From Ramazzottius varieornatus (lineage: Eukaryota > Animalia > Tardigrada): a stretch of DNA of 64,000 bases. The stretch's first letter is position 1, and each line of letters starts with the position of its first letter. The notes under the pieces are model-generated. The model made no database searches and was not told where the DNA came from. It was given only the letters and a program-made list of their open reading frames with translations. The stretch is taken from NCBI GenBank assembly GCA_001949185.1, contig BDGG01000004.1, forward strand, positions 1,017,620 to 1,081,619. The letters run 5' to 3'. The position numbers and the translations under genes are program-made. Positions 47,348-61,500 of the stretch are shown here, piece by piece.

Positions 47348-49502
47348 TCAGATAACAATGTGGTTCGATTCATTTGCCCACGTCCCCGCTCAACGTCTGA
47401 AAGAAAATCGGGAGATCATTTCTTTAAAAGTATCTTGAAAATTGTCTCCAGAAGTACGGGAGAGGAGAAGAAGACTGAAATCATGGAGGGGTGTAAATGG
47501 AAGGTGGATTAGGCGGAAAGTATTGACGTAAAGGGTGGAAACCGACGGGACAAGTGTCGGTTTTGAGGGCAATATGAGCAGGAGATTGTATCCGGGTTGA
47601 TTATAATATACCGATATATGTCATTGATATTGCTCTGTTTATCTGCTTCTAAATGTGCTAATTTCCTGTCTGGCAAGTCAGCCGGGCAAAGGAATGAACC
47701 CATGCCGCCGTGAAAGAGTCGTGATTTTTATTGAGGAGGGTAGCATTGACCGCAAGGAGCCCATCAAGTATACAGCGATATGGTATAAACTAGCTGACCA
47801 GAGTGTAGTTATCACAGTTAGTCAAGGCTTGTCAAAGACATCACACTGCCTTCTATTCATCCGATACACACGAAATTGCATATTGGCCGAGTTTGAAATA
47901 TAAATTAGCTCAAACTTTCAAAGCGTCTGCTAACTTGGCCCACAGTTGTGATGCATTCGCTTTCTTATGGCTTTTGACTGTACATCGATTGCGCATCCGT
48001 CTCCTCCGCCGTGTCGCATGCCTCTCCTTGCTCGGCATTCCAGTTTACTGTAGTATTCAGTTTATTATTTTTGCTGTGTTCCATATAGGCACTGTCCGGT
48101 ATGATGGTCCTGCGCGTTCGATATGCGATCGGTATCGAGGTCCCCGAGTTGTACACACTGTGACCAGTGTGTGTACGTACTTCCGCTGGCTTTTCTCGGT
48201 AGTCGGATAGCCGCTACTGTACGAGGCACTAAAAGCGGGCTGAGAGCTTCATTGAAGAAATTCTGGGCGTATATGCTACGCGATGGTATCGGAAGGATCG
48301 ACTGTCGTAACCCGTATGGTTGGGCGTAGACTGGCAGAGAACCCCATAGTACAGTCCGCTGTACGCACAGTCGATTCGGGAGGATGCAGATTTGTCTAGC
48401 GGAATGACGCGCGGCTGTAAGTCTTGGGTAGCTTTCTCTGGTCTTCCTTCCGCTCTTCTTCTTCTTATTTTCTTGGCCGTACGGTCGGTCGAAGCAGATG
48501 CACTCGTCGCTTATCTGACATGTATGGATGATGAAGTGCTGTTCGCGGTTAGCGTGATTTTGTCGCAGTTGCCGGCAAAATAATCTTCACGTCATTTTCT
48601 CTTGCCGGTATTAGCCAGAGTGTCTTCCTTTTGCTGTGTGTAAGCGGCTTTGTCCGTGTGGAACTCCGGAGATTTGCTGGATGATTGTAAGAACCTTGTA
48701 CAGTTGCATTTGTTGAGGGATTAATCGAGCGTAAGCGGCTATATAGCGCCTACACGCTTTGCATGTTTACATGCACTTGACGGCTTTGTTGTTGCTGCTC
48801 GCACGCTTTCCTCCTCTGGGCCGAAGCTTTTCACCGCGCGAGCTTGTTCTACCAGGCGCCGATACTGAGTGACAGGTTAAATACGACCTCCTTTGAATTT
48901 CCGCTGTATATCAATTTCACATCACTCGACGCTGTGAATTATAGCTTATTAGCTTTGACGGGATTTTTTCTTCGCCGTGACGTCATCGCGCTTTATTCAA
49001 TATTTATTTTTATTTTCAGGACCTGCCCTGACTTCGGAATATTCCTACTTGACCACACGGGATTACAGTATGATGAGGTGAAGGACAGAATGGAGTTATG
49101 GATTGCACTATGCTGATTTCTGAATATTGATATGGTCATATTGGACTGATACCAAGGCGGCTCAGCAAGAATATTTTATGTGGGATCTTGGCTAAATTGT
49201 CGTTTGCTGAAAGAGCGGCACAAAGTCAAGTAGATAGCCAATCTTGTATCCTCATACATAATTAAGGAAAGCCCATGGCTGGCTCAATCAATAGCCCGCT
49301 GTACGGGTAAGGAGGCTGAAAGAACACTTGTGAGCTCTCCAACGATGATCACTTGGACTCTTCTCCACGGGATATCGCCATTCATAACGTATGCTCGCTC
49401 GCACTTAAAATATGACAACAAGCGACTGCTTCATCATTCATTCAGCATGCTTCTCCATTAGAATTTCTGGTTTTGTAGGGTTTGAACGAAGACAGTCGAG
49501 AG

Positions 49503-52500
49503 ATGGTCGAAGAGGAGGAAGTAGAACACCAGTACTGCTGGTGCGGATGTATGGATGAGGACGAAAAAGTGGAGCCGCAACTTCCGCCTGTACAGTCCAA
49601 GGTGAGGCGGAAATTGGGGGAGGTCGACCAGAAGAATGGAAAAGGCTGGCTGAATGGACGAATACTGTTGGGCTTTCTGATGCTGTGGATGTGCCTTGAC
49701 GGAGGACACTGCCAGGAACAATGGAGCACGGCCTCTGACGTAACCGGTAGGTGCAGAATGTAAACTAGCTGTGAGTTAGCTCTGCTCCAGTAGTTCCACA
49801 AGTGGGCCTGGAGTACCCCCTCCTTTACAATTCAAGAACTTTCAACCAGTCGTAACCACACAAACCTAGGCTTTCTCACAACCAGGAAACTCATTTCGAG
49901 TGTCAAAAAGAATGATTGCAAAATTATAATGTGGAACTGGAGGGCTCTAAACCTGTCAAAAAATCAGTGAATGCGGCCTAAAACAGAAATATTGGAAGAC
50001 TTGTTTATACCAGCTTTTCTCATAGCTTCTAAAATTCAGGCTCGATCATAGCCTCCCCATTGACTTCCCTGGCAATCTATATTTTGACAGCTTGGCTGGC
50101 CTCATGCGAGCCATTGAATTTACTGCCAGTCCATACATGTCTAGTCCATGGGTCAGTCTTATTTTCTTCTACACGTTAAAACCTTCTTCTTCACTGCACA
50201 ACCGAAATCTGAACCCGAAGTCCACGATCCAATACACTACATTGAAGCATTCTACTGACGAGCGGAAATCTTAAGTTGAATTTTTCGACCGAAGTGGGCA
50301 CTGTAGAATCCGAGGGACCCGGAAGTGACTATGGTTTGAAAACGCAGATGGTTATGCAGACTTAGGTTGGGATACTGCATCATTTTGGCGGAGATGGGGA
50401 ATATGTCTTTCGGTAGGACAATAAAAATCGTGATAAGTTGAGCTTTTACAGGCTTTCGGGGGTGACTTGCTGATCGATGTTAGAGATGGTGGGGGTAAGT
50501 AATCGTTGATAGGCATAGATTGCTTGTTTGTCAATGCTGATGGTTGGATGTTTATGCGCCGGAAGACGCGTTCATCCATCCGGCTGTATGGTCAGTAGCT
50601 ACAAGACCAAGAAGTTATCTGTCTCGATGGTAGGGTCCAGCTGTTGGTCATTTTGACTGTCAACAACTGGACATTTTCTGTGGTCTAGCCACAGGGTCTA
50701 TCTGGACTACAGACAGACGCTCAGCTGTGAAATCTGAAATGCCTGCGGTGTCGGCTACTAATTGTTTTCCATATATCAACGGTCTGCTGTGATTTGTACC
50801 GGCTCGCTCCTGTTGATGGGGTTCCATAGGTCACGTCCATTTCCCACCGCTTCCCGTCACAACAAGACCGCCATCAAAATAGAGCGGGATATCCCGTCTA
50901 TATTGACTGGATGGGTTCCCACATGTAGGCATGTGCGTTAGGGTACTATCGGTTAGGACGATACATTCAACGAACAGATCCATCTGTAATCAACATGCCC
51001 CAGCTGCTACAATAATCCTTCCCTTCCACCAAACATTAATTACCGCCAAACATAGAGTTGAAAGTTGCAACACGTAATGGCACAAGTGATACAATCTGTT
51101 TGAAATGTACCAGAACGTTCAGAAATGTTTACGGTAAAAATAGTGCCTGTCTTTGAAATTACTTGAGACGTGGGCAGACGATTTTAACCAGACCGCTTTC
51201 TTTAGTGGCGCAGATATTGGGCCAGGGACAATGAGAAGCTGCGCCACTTTGTCATCAGATAATGATCTGGATGAATCCACTTCCCCACGTCCCATTTGTC
51301 CTGGTGTTTTTGGTCAAGTTTTAGAGGGTGCGTTGAAATAAATTTTTAAAAAATGCAATTATGAAAAAAATCATGAAGCCGAAATTTGCTTTTGTACCTC
51401 GAAAAGCCTACACCCAAAGTTCTTCCCTAACCGTTACTTTTCTGCTCGTGGATCGTTGCGCTGCTTGCCATCGGTTTTTTTCTATCAATACGATTGTCTG
51501 TACTTCCGATGATGCTGCAGTACAAGTGAAGCGGTATATTCCGAATCTCTTACATTGATTTGGCAATAAGGGTAAATGAGTTGACAGTTTGAAGCTGGAT
51601 CTGCCCTCTTTTTCATGGTTGGAAATCCCAGTTTCCCGTTTCAGCTATATCTGCCCCAATCATTTAGCCTCGCTTCACTAGCATCTTGCGTTCCTTCCCT
51701 CGGTCTGTTAACGTTACCCGAGCCTCGCTCCTCGCATAGGATATTGCTCATAATGCTTAGCCAAGAATACACTGGACTGAGGCACATTTCGCTTAGCCGG
51801 GCTGAATAGGAGAGATTTTACAAATTGCTACTTACTACATGGCTATCAGCTATCACAGTCTCCCCTCAATTGCCTCAATGCTCCTCTTCTTCCTCCCCAT
51901 CTGCGATTGATCATCTCTACATGTGAAGACCGCGCTCTGTACAGAAAAAACCCTTTTCCATAATGAAATCCTATTAGTCACTGTTCAAAACTAGAACTTT
52001 GTCCTTTTCGTAAATGAGCCAGTTCAGTTTACACGAATTGAAAGTCACCACAGCTGAAAAACGCTGAAATGAAGGTCAGCCGAAGTTGATTCAGCAAAGG
52101 TCAGACTGTCATGTAGTTGGAGGTTAATTGAAGTGTCATATGATATCAGCGTGACTATTCGCTGCTTACACTGTCTGCATATTGTATGGACGTGTTTACG
52201 CCAATTTCTAGCCTAATTAGCCGAGTTCAATCCCCTTCCCCGAATTGGAAAAGCAAGAGCAGTCTTTCTGAAGTTCATTGTAATAATGAAGATATGCGTA
52301 ATTACCCTCCTTCGCTTGCGCAATTAGCCAAATACTTTGTGGATTACAGCCCGTGGTACCGTGAATGTCACTGGCGGAAGAATCTGGAGAAAAGTAGACA
52401 AGAACCACAGATGATTGGCTGTATGACGCATTTCCTGGCAGATTAATCATCTTATTGACAGAGCTGCTACCAAAATAATCCAAAACTATTTCCAGGTCTG

Positions 52501-55500
52501 GAATCCAGACGGAGGAATAACTCGAATGAATTAAGAGGCAAGGGTGTGGTTAAGTGGGAATGATCAGCGAACTATTCATGCGTCACAGTCCGCAAATTCG
52601 ATCCACCTTGGGTCAACGTCGTGCATTTGTAAACGGAATATTTTTACAACCGTCCAATCTAGATTGGAGTTCATAGCTTTGTCCAGTTTCTTTGTCGAAA
52701 AGCGTTCATGCAGATTAATGAACCTGTGAAGCCACCGTTAGGCATGTACGATACAAACATACGAGTACCGGCTTGTGGAGCTTGCGCGAGTTTACCGGTC
52801 GAACTGGTCGTCGGATCGATTCATGGGTTTATGGTCCGTCATGAGCGACCCTACTGTCCTACGCAGTGACCAGCTGCAGTATGTGGTCAATTCTTTTGGA
52901 AGACCATAAAAACAGTAGTGTATCCCTAATATACAGTCCGTTCGAGCAAACTCGTCTCCACGCCTTCTGAAAATCGTTTGCCCCCGTTCTGAGAGTTGTT
53001 CCTAATTTTACCCGATAGCCCCAACTTTCCCCTTTCAGAAAAGTACCAGACATCCCAAATCGAACTACTGTAGACGAAATACCGATCACAAGAGCTCAAG
53101 GCTCGGCGGAGCAATCGTGCAGAGACCGATTTTTTCTCGTTGCTCTTCCAACTGTCCCAAAACAGACTTTTACTTCGGTAATTCTGTTCGAGACAACGAA
53201 AAGAATCGTTGATGCAAAACGATAGCGCATCGGATCTAGACTGGACGCGCTAGAACTTGCGTGAATCAGAGACGCTGGACTTTAGTAGACTTGAATTTCA
53301 CGAAAGAAGTTGATGCCCGGCCGGATGACGACCGTCACCCAAATAATCTTTTCTCTTCTCGGCAACCAACGCTACTTTCAAAAGATTCGTTTTCGGTTGA
53401 TTCTGGCAGCTTATTGACAGGGCTTTCACCCATCGCCTAAAAGTTAGGCCTGAACGTCTCCTCGTGAATTTTCCGACCATTTTGAAAAATCAGTGGTGAC
53501 AACTTTACTTGAACGGGCTGTACTGTAGGTCCTGCAGAGGAATGTGGGTTTCTTAGAGGGCATTCCTCTGAAGAGAACGAAGCGTTGTGGTCCATATGTT
53601 CTGAATATAGACTTCGTGGTATGAAACCAGCCATTCGATATAATCTATTGACGACGGCAGAGTGTGTAAACTTAGCGGCTCTTTCGAGCGGAAAATTGGT
53701 ATGAGAAAGCCAAGCTATCCTTATCTCATTGTACAGCCCGAGAAATCTTCGTCTGTGAAATTTTCCAACGAGCTCGTTGGCTTTTTTGTGGATTTGAGGT
53801 TCCTCTCGGGACTGCAGGAATTAGCCTCACAGGGTTACCAATTTAACAAAGAAATCGTATACCCAAATGAGCTCCTTAGCACTGGCGTGGCTTCTGAGTT
53901 TGTTAGGCGTACTATTCGATAACGCTGTCGGCAGTTTGTGATTGTATGGAGCGGAAAAAAGTTGGTCGAAAAATTCCTCGCAACGACAATGTTATTCGCC
54001 TTGAGCTAGATGGAGATGAGAGTACTTTTTGGCGAACTGAGCAAATTAGAGCTGGGCGGACTGGGACGAACCCTTTCAGCGAACAAGGAAGAGTGGACGT
54101 CGGTAGAGTACGCTGCGCAAAGTAGGCTAGGCTGCATGTTTAGTTTTTTGATCTTGTGTTTGCCGCAGCTGTTAATTTTCTCGACATTAAAGAGTTTCAT
54201 GCTCTACTTTCCTACATGCTTTCCTCCTCAAGATGCCCATCTGCATTTATTGCATCCACCCCACAGTCAGCGTCGACGAGACTGTAACATGTCGTATCTA
54301 TACAGTTTACACACATGCAGTAATGGACAAATCGATTACACATTTCGCAGTCGGAGTTTTTCTGCATCTCGTGCGCCACTTAATTACACTTTTACTGTGC
54401 CGGACGAGAACTAGGAATTTTTATCTGCCTGTCCCAGCTTGCAGATATCGAGTGACTGTCTTAAGGGAGACCCACAAACAAGCACATGTTTGTTTGGCAC
54501 TTCGCTTAACGGCCTAATTTACAAAACATCCTGACGTCAACGCTCAAATAACCACCGATCAATTTTGTCCACATATATTTAGAATATCCTCTTGGCGCTT
54601 TTGTCCTGAGGTCGTACGCCGGCGTAAAAAATTTGGCTATTGGGTAGTTGCTATTGGGTAGTTTCTCAAAGGCGGAAGCCAAAGGCCCAGCGCACCAGAT
54701 GTGGTCCGAGCGGAAAACTTAACTTTTTTGTTGTTCGCGCCCGGTCTATTTTATATACTTTCACGGTGACTGTCTTCTGGAATGCACGCAAGGGAAGAGC
54801 TGGCGGTAGTTCATGGGGATAATTGTTACACAAACAGCCTAAGCTGTACTTGGTGACGACGATCCAGTTTCATCCAACCATATCACATGACTGTGCCGAA
54901 TCCCAACTAAGACAGTGCGAAGCTCCTTCCAACAAAGTTACTTAGTCAGTAAGAACCAAACGAAGAAAATTGTCAAATGTATGGCGATTTCGGACGTGGG
55001 CGAAAACAGAAGGAAATTCGGTGATTGCTGCCCGCGTCGGGATGAACGGTCAAAAGTTTCCAAGCATTCTGATGTTTTTGAAGACACGACAGAGGTTTTG
55101 ATAGCTTACTACTGTACCTGTATATGTGTGGAAGTTAATCGATTTGTGCTTTCTTTGCAGCATCCTTTTACGGTGATAGCCACCTCTGGTTGGCCTTACA
55201 AGATGCCAGTAGCGTGACAGAACTGACCTTGAACTTTCGGACCCGGCAACGCGATGCCCTGCTGATGTTGGCCGCCGGTGACACCGACTACTGCCTGTTG
55301 GAGCTGCGCAATGGTCGATTACGTGTGCGGATCAACCTTGGTTCCGGCGAGTCCGTGCTACAGTCGCCACGAGGTCTCCGTCTAGACGACTATCTCTGGC
55401 ATACCGTCCAGCTCTCCCGTCGCAACGCTCAAGCCACGCTCACTGTCAATCGTCAATATGTCTCGCACCTCATTATCCCCGGTGTCTTCTATCAGCTCAA

Positions 55501-58500
55501 CATCATCCACGGTATGACGATCCACCAGACCCTTCTCTTTCGTCGACATCTGCAATAATTTGTCGTATTGACAGTATTCATTGCATGCTTATCGTCCTTC
55601 ACTATCAGCGTAATGGCCGCATGTGTGAACGTTAGTTGGACTAATTGAAGAAAGTTATTATATCGTGGTGAAAACATTGAAAATGATACTCAAATGTACC
55701 AAGAGTTTCGTGGTTTCTTAAATTAGCAATGTCGTGGGAAATTATATGAAAAATTTATTGCGTCAGACATTTTCAATTCTACAGTTGGGCGCTGGGGAAA
55801 GCAGAACTTACAAGATCGTTATGTTGAGTGGCGCACCCTTCCAGTAGATGACAATGGAAATGTGCGCCAGTTGATATAACTATTCTATTCGTTTTGTTTT
55901 CCCAGCTTCCAATTTAATTTCCACTTCAGGTAGGTTTTCCGAGTACGTTTTTCTCAATATCTTTCATCGGTTTGGTCTTGTAGGTTTGTATCTGGGTGGA
56001 CTAGGTCAGTTTCGGGATCTCTTCCTGGGTAATTTCATGCAGTTTCGCGGATGCATGCGGAACGTCAAGTTCAACACACAGGAAGCCAACCGAGTGCGCA
56101 ATTGGGATATCATGCGGACGGTCAGCAACAATCAGACTCATGGGACCCATTCTGATTTCGTTCTCCAGCACATCCGGTGGGACTGTGACGAAGAGTTTAG
56201 CGCAAAGAACCACGAAGCCATCAGTTTCCTCCGCAGTGACAGCTTCGCAACCTTCAACACCTTGCCGATCCGTCAAAACGGGTCCGTTGCTTTCGAGTTC
56301 AAGACGATTGCTGCCGACGCCCTTATACTGTATGTTTATCACTCGAAAGCGAGCTACCATCGAGATACTCTTAAATTAACAGTATTTTTCCAGATATAAC
56401 GGCGGATCTCCGTCGCAGCCAGATTACTTGGCGGTGGACATCGTTCAAGGAAGATTACGTTTTCAAGTCGACAAAGGTGCGTTTCTGAGTAATAATTTTC
56501 TTCTCGACTGACGGTTTGGGACTTTTGACTAACTGCTGATTTTGTTCACAGGAAATGGGGCAATGTTGCTGCAGTCGGAAGCGAAAGTAAACGATGGTTC
56601 TTGGCACAACGTTTCCTGCCAGGTTTCCACCGCCCACCTACAGCTTATTGTGGACGGTCGAGTCAATACTTTATCACCGCGATCCTCCTTACAGCGGTAC
56701 CTCGACTTGGACGGGAGTCTCTACGTGGGTGGCATGGATGCACGTTATGGGACGCGCTCTTTACGAACCCACAATCTGTACGACCGGGCCTTCAGTGGCT
56801 GTCTACGTGACCTGCGTGTCAATGAGATAGATTTAGGTTTTGAGAATATGGTGGTGTCCAATGGGTTGGCCGCCCAATGCCTTTGGGACTACCCTTGTCA
56901 GACCCGTCAACCGTGTCTACCCTCGGCGGCCTGCTACCAAATTGGCCTGGATGGCTTCCGTTGTGATTGTGCCACCGCCGCTGGACGCAATCAGTCGGGC
57001 AGTAAATGCGAGAAGGATCGCCAGGATATGATTAATTGGGCCCAAGTCCTGCATTACAGCAACTTTAGCCTGCAGGAAGGAGCCCAACACACCATCAATC
57101 AGGGAAATATCCGCGTTATATGGAACTATCAGGACGAGAGTATTCGTCACTCGCAAATTGTTTTCCATGTGCGTATTACTACCCATCACTTGCTCACACT
57201 TCGTTAACGATGCGATACAGTCGATAGACAGACCTCTTTTCAATATCCTGATTGTTTTTAGGTTCAACGGCCGGCACGCCATGGGCGTCTAGAGGTTAAT
57301 TTAGAACCAAGACTGGCGGAAGTCAATACATTCACATATCTGGATGTCATGTCAGATCGTGTCCTGTATATCCATGACGGAAGTGAACGACCCCTCGACC
57401 ATTTAGAACTATCCATCCACATACCGACCAACATGGGCAACCTCAGTCGTACTATTCCGCTGACCATCACCGTCCTACCGGAAAACGATCTACCAAAGCT
57501 GCTCTTCCCAAATGGTCCACAAATGGAAATCGTCCCTGGGACCGCTCGGACGTTGAGCGCTGACGTCATGCGGGCTATCGATCCAGACTCTAGCAATACC
57601 GCCCTTCGCTTCACCCTGTTGCAACCTCTCAAAGTATGCCGACAATATCCATGAAATTTTTATATTTTTGAAACTGGAGGCCGGGATACGAAGCGAACAA
57701 CATCGTTATCTCAAGTTGCGCACGCTGCCAGCCTATTACAACGAAACGTGCGCCGCTCGGGATAACCATCTTGCACGCTTCGACCCGGCCTCTTGAGTTT
57801 CTGTCGACTTCCAGAAGATACTGTACGAACTCTATAATTTAATACTTTATTTGGCTAAGCTTTTGTCATACTTACAGGTCTCACAACTGAGGTACAGTTC
57901 CATAATGGGCGACTACCATTTACCCAATACGTCCGATAGTGAAGCTTCATCAGACCCAACGAGCCTGGGTTCTCCGTCCTTGGCCATAACTGAGTTTACC
58001 CAAGCTGACATCGATGCCGGTCTCGTGGAGGTTTTCTTTAACGGGTCGCTGACTGAGCAAGACTTGGCCGTGTTTTCCGTGTCGGATGGGATCAACACCA
58101 GTAAAGAAAAGAGTACCCTGTCAATCATTCCCCTAAAACTGAGCATTCATGCAGTGACCAATAAGGGCCTTAGTGTTCCCATCAATTCCTCTTCCCTCAT
58201 TACCCAAAACAATCTTTCCTTCGCCACTAACGCCATCCACCAAAACTTGACCATCGTATACGCCATGATCCAGCCGCCGGCTTTCGGACGTCTCGAGCGG
58301 TTGTATAACAATACCCACTGGACAACTACCAAGTCCTTCACCCAAGACGATATCAATACGCTCGCTGTCCGTTACGTTCATTTGAGCGATTTTCCCAGCC
58401 GTGATGCCTTCCGCGTTCGCCTCAGGTAACAAGCTTACCGAGTGCTGTTAAATACCGTAGAAAAACACCGAAGTGAGGCTTTTCGTCGTGCGTAAGAGGG

Positions 58501-61500
58501 TAGCGTGGAAATTGAAACAACAGAATTGCTCATGGAGAAACTGACTCGGAAATTGCCAATAAATTGGAATTTTAGTGCTAATGTTTCTTTTTCAGTGCCT
58601 TACCTGGCAGTGTGGACCAAAGTATAAGTGCCGTTGTACAGATTCGCTTCATGCAGAACAAGCTCAAAACCGTCCATTTAGAACCGCTCACCTTCACTAC
58701 TGCCAGAGCTCCTCTTACCAAAGAAGTTCTTCTCCACGAGCAAGAACCAATGCCGACCTCGCCCGAGAACATCGTTTACGTGATAAAGAGACTACCTATT
58801 TATGGGCTTTTGCAGAAGAATAATTTGCCCTTTCAGCTCAACGAACGCTTCAGCCAAGCGGATGTCAATGCCGGCTCGCTAACTTATTCCTTGACCAGTC
58901 TCGCACCCAACCGCGACATTCCCCAACGGGACCATGTCCTCCTGGACGTTGACCAGTCTTCGTCAGGTATAAATTCTGTGCTCCGTTTTTCATTGACGTC
59001 ACCCTTCATTGCTGATGTTTCTTTGGCTTGTAGAAAATATAAATCCTATACCACAACCAGCTCGATCAATCCGTCTAGTCTTCAAGTACGACCCGGCTGG
59101 GTCCTCACCTTGGAAGCTCCACGATTTCGAGCTCAACCTCAACGAAAGCGGAAGTGCCGTCCTATCCATCAACACCCTGTCCATTGAGCACAATGGCTTG
59201 ATTGATCGCACCTGCAGTTTCTCCCTAGCCAGCTACCCTGAACACGGCATGCTCCAGACTCGCGACCAGCGCAACGTCTCGGACTTTACCGTACAAGACT
59301 TGGAACAACGGTCAGTCTTCTACCGGCACGACGGATCAGAGAGCCAGTTGGACGTCATCAACCTCATAGCCCGCTGTCGTCCCGCTGGAGCTGGTCAAGT
59401 TGTCTCCCTTCAAGTGCCTTTACTGGTCAATATCCAGCTGAGTAACAACCATCGACCGACAGCCACACGACTGGGTCCATTGTTCCTCATACAAAACTCG
59501 ACAAGGCTCCTGACGACCGATGACATCATGTTGGACGACGAGGATGTACTGTCGTCGCCGAAAGAGTCATTGCAGTTCGTGCATCGTGGATTACAGAATG
59601 CGGATCTGTTGCATCTGTCCGATCGGCAAATGCCCATCTTTCGATGCTCGCAGAGTGATATCATGCAAAAGCATATTTTAGTTCGACATAAAGGGCCTTT
59701 ACATGGCGAGTCGACCGTGTATCTGCAGGATGGTGAAGGCATCTTCAGCACGGAAAAAATGACCATTCAAGCTGAAGCCTTACAGTTGTCAGCGAAAGAG
59801 ACGTTGATGATGCCTCGGACAGTCGACACAAAAGTCGTTCTCAAATTAGAGGTAAGGTGTTGAGCATTGTTATCCACATCAGAGTGTTGTCTGGTTTTGA
59901 GTTGATGATTGTGCAGGATCTGGAGTTTCGAACGAATGCGGATCTTCGGTGGAACACAGTAGCTTTGACTGTACAGAAAGGCCCAAAGTACGGCAGCGCA
60001 GTAATCCAACAGAGCGTACTCAAGGACCGTCCTGTTGTGGTCTACCGACTGTCGAAAAAGAACGCCGCCCTGGCCGAGAATCTGATAGACTCTTTCGTGG
60101 TGCAGTTCGATCTGAACAATTCAACAGTGTTCACTTTGGTCAACATGGTACCGCTGTTACCGATACGGGTCTCTGAAAATTCCGAGGCTGTTTTGGTCAA
60201 AGAACACTCCAGCGCAGTGATCACTTCCGCTTCCCTGTCCGTCACTCACCCACTGTTTGATGCCAACCATCTGGTCTACAGCATCTTACAAGCTCCCAAC
60301 TATGGCTTCCTTTCCTTGGCTTCCAGTGGTGTGCCGGCTCAGTCTTTCAGCCAAGCAGACATCGATCGCGGTGAGCCATACAGGTCTAGCCGTTATAAAA
60401 ACTGCCCCGAGACAGCTGCGCACTACGTCACTGCGGCCTGTTTGTACCGCGGTAACGTCATGCAGACGAAATTTTCCGTTTCGTCACCGATTCACTCCCT
60501 TTCATGGAGCCAAACGCTGTAAGCCATCTAATTTTGCGCTCGTTTGTAGGGAAGGTTCAGTATGTTCAAGAGAAAGCAAGCTCGACCTTTCGCGACCACG
60601 TTGTCCTTCAGGCTCATGCGCCTGTTGAATCGGTCAGCAACGCTACTATGCCCCTAACGATGCTCATACTACCGTATAGCCCTCCTCAAGTGACAAAGCC
60701 CGAACCATACCGAGCCAAGGAAGGCGGCTTGATCAAAATGAAGTTCAGCGACCTGCTGCAAGATATCCCCAACGCCGATCACTTACCGTTGCGTGTCCAG
60801 ATGAAAGCTAAACCGACCCATGGCAAGGCCTACGTCGACAAAGAAGGTACGACCTGCTTGGAGTGCTCAACCTTCCACAAGAAAACTTCAAAAAATTAGT
60901 AACTTTGAGCTGTGAAAAATACTCTCTTTTTTCCATCAGGTGCTCTACTCTACACTCACGATGGCTCGGAGACCCTGAACGACACATTTACCATCGTCGT
61001 CCAGCTGGACAAGCTCGAACTCAGCTGGAATAAAGACATCGACGTACTCATACAGCCCATCAACGACCGTCCACCCCAGCTTTTTCTCAAGAAAGCCCTC
61101 GACGTCTGGCAAGGACAAAGGACTTTGCTCAGCAGCGAACAGTTCGAAGCGCTGGATGAAGACAGCGACGCCGATCTGCCGAGCATGGTCTACTATGTCC
61201 AGAACAACAGTCAGGCAATGATCGTGGTGGACGGTCAGCCGGCCACCTCCTTCAGCACGCAAGATGTGGAGAACCGTCGAGTGGGCTGCGATACCAGCAT
61301 GTACGGTGCCAACACGTCCAGCTTGGTCTTGTCAGCCGGCGATGGCAAACACCAGTCTGAGCCCCTGACCATCCCCGTCCGTGTCGTCACTTTACAGCTC
61401 GTTATTTCACGCAACGAAAGCATAGAAGTAGCGCGCAGTTCGTCGCTCATCATAACTCCGGACGAGCTGGACATCTCCGCCAAGAAGGTTTTGCTGAAGG

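Noticed and set aside
45942-55217. Short ORFs of 60-150 aa upstream of and inside the first coding intron of CSPG4
   Set aside because: No recognisable domains and composition typical of non-coding DNA. Only the 49503-49746 exon is supported by a compatible splice to 55161.
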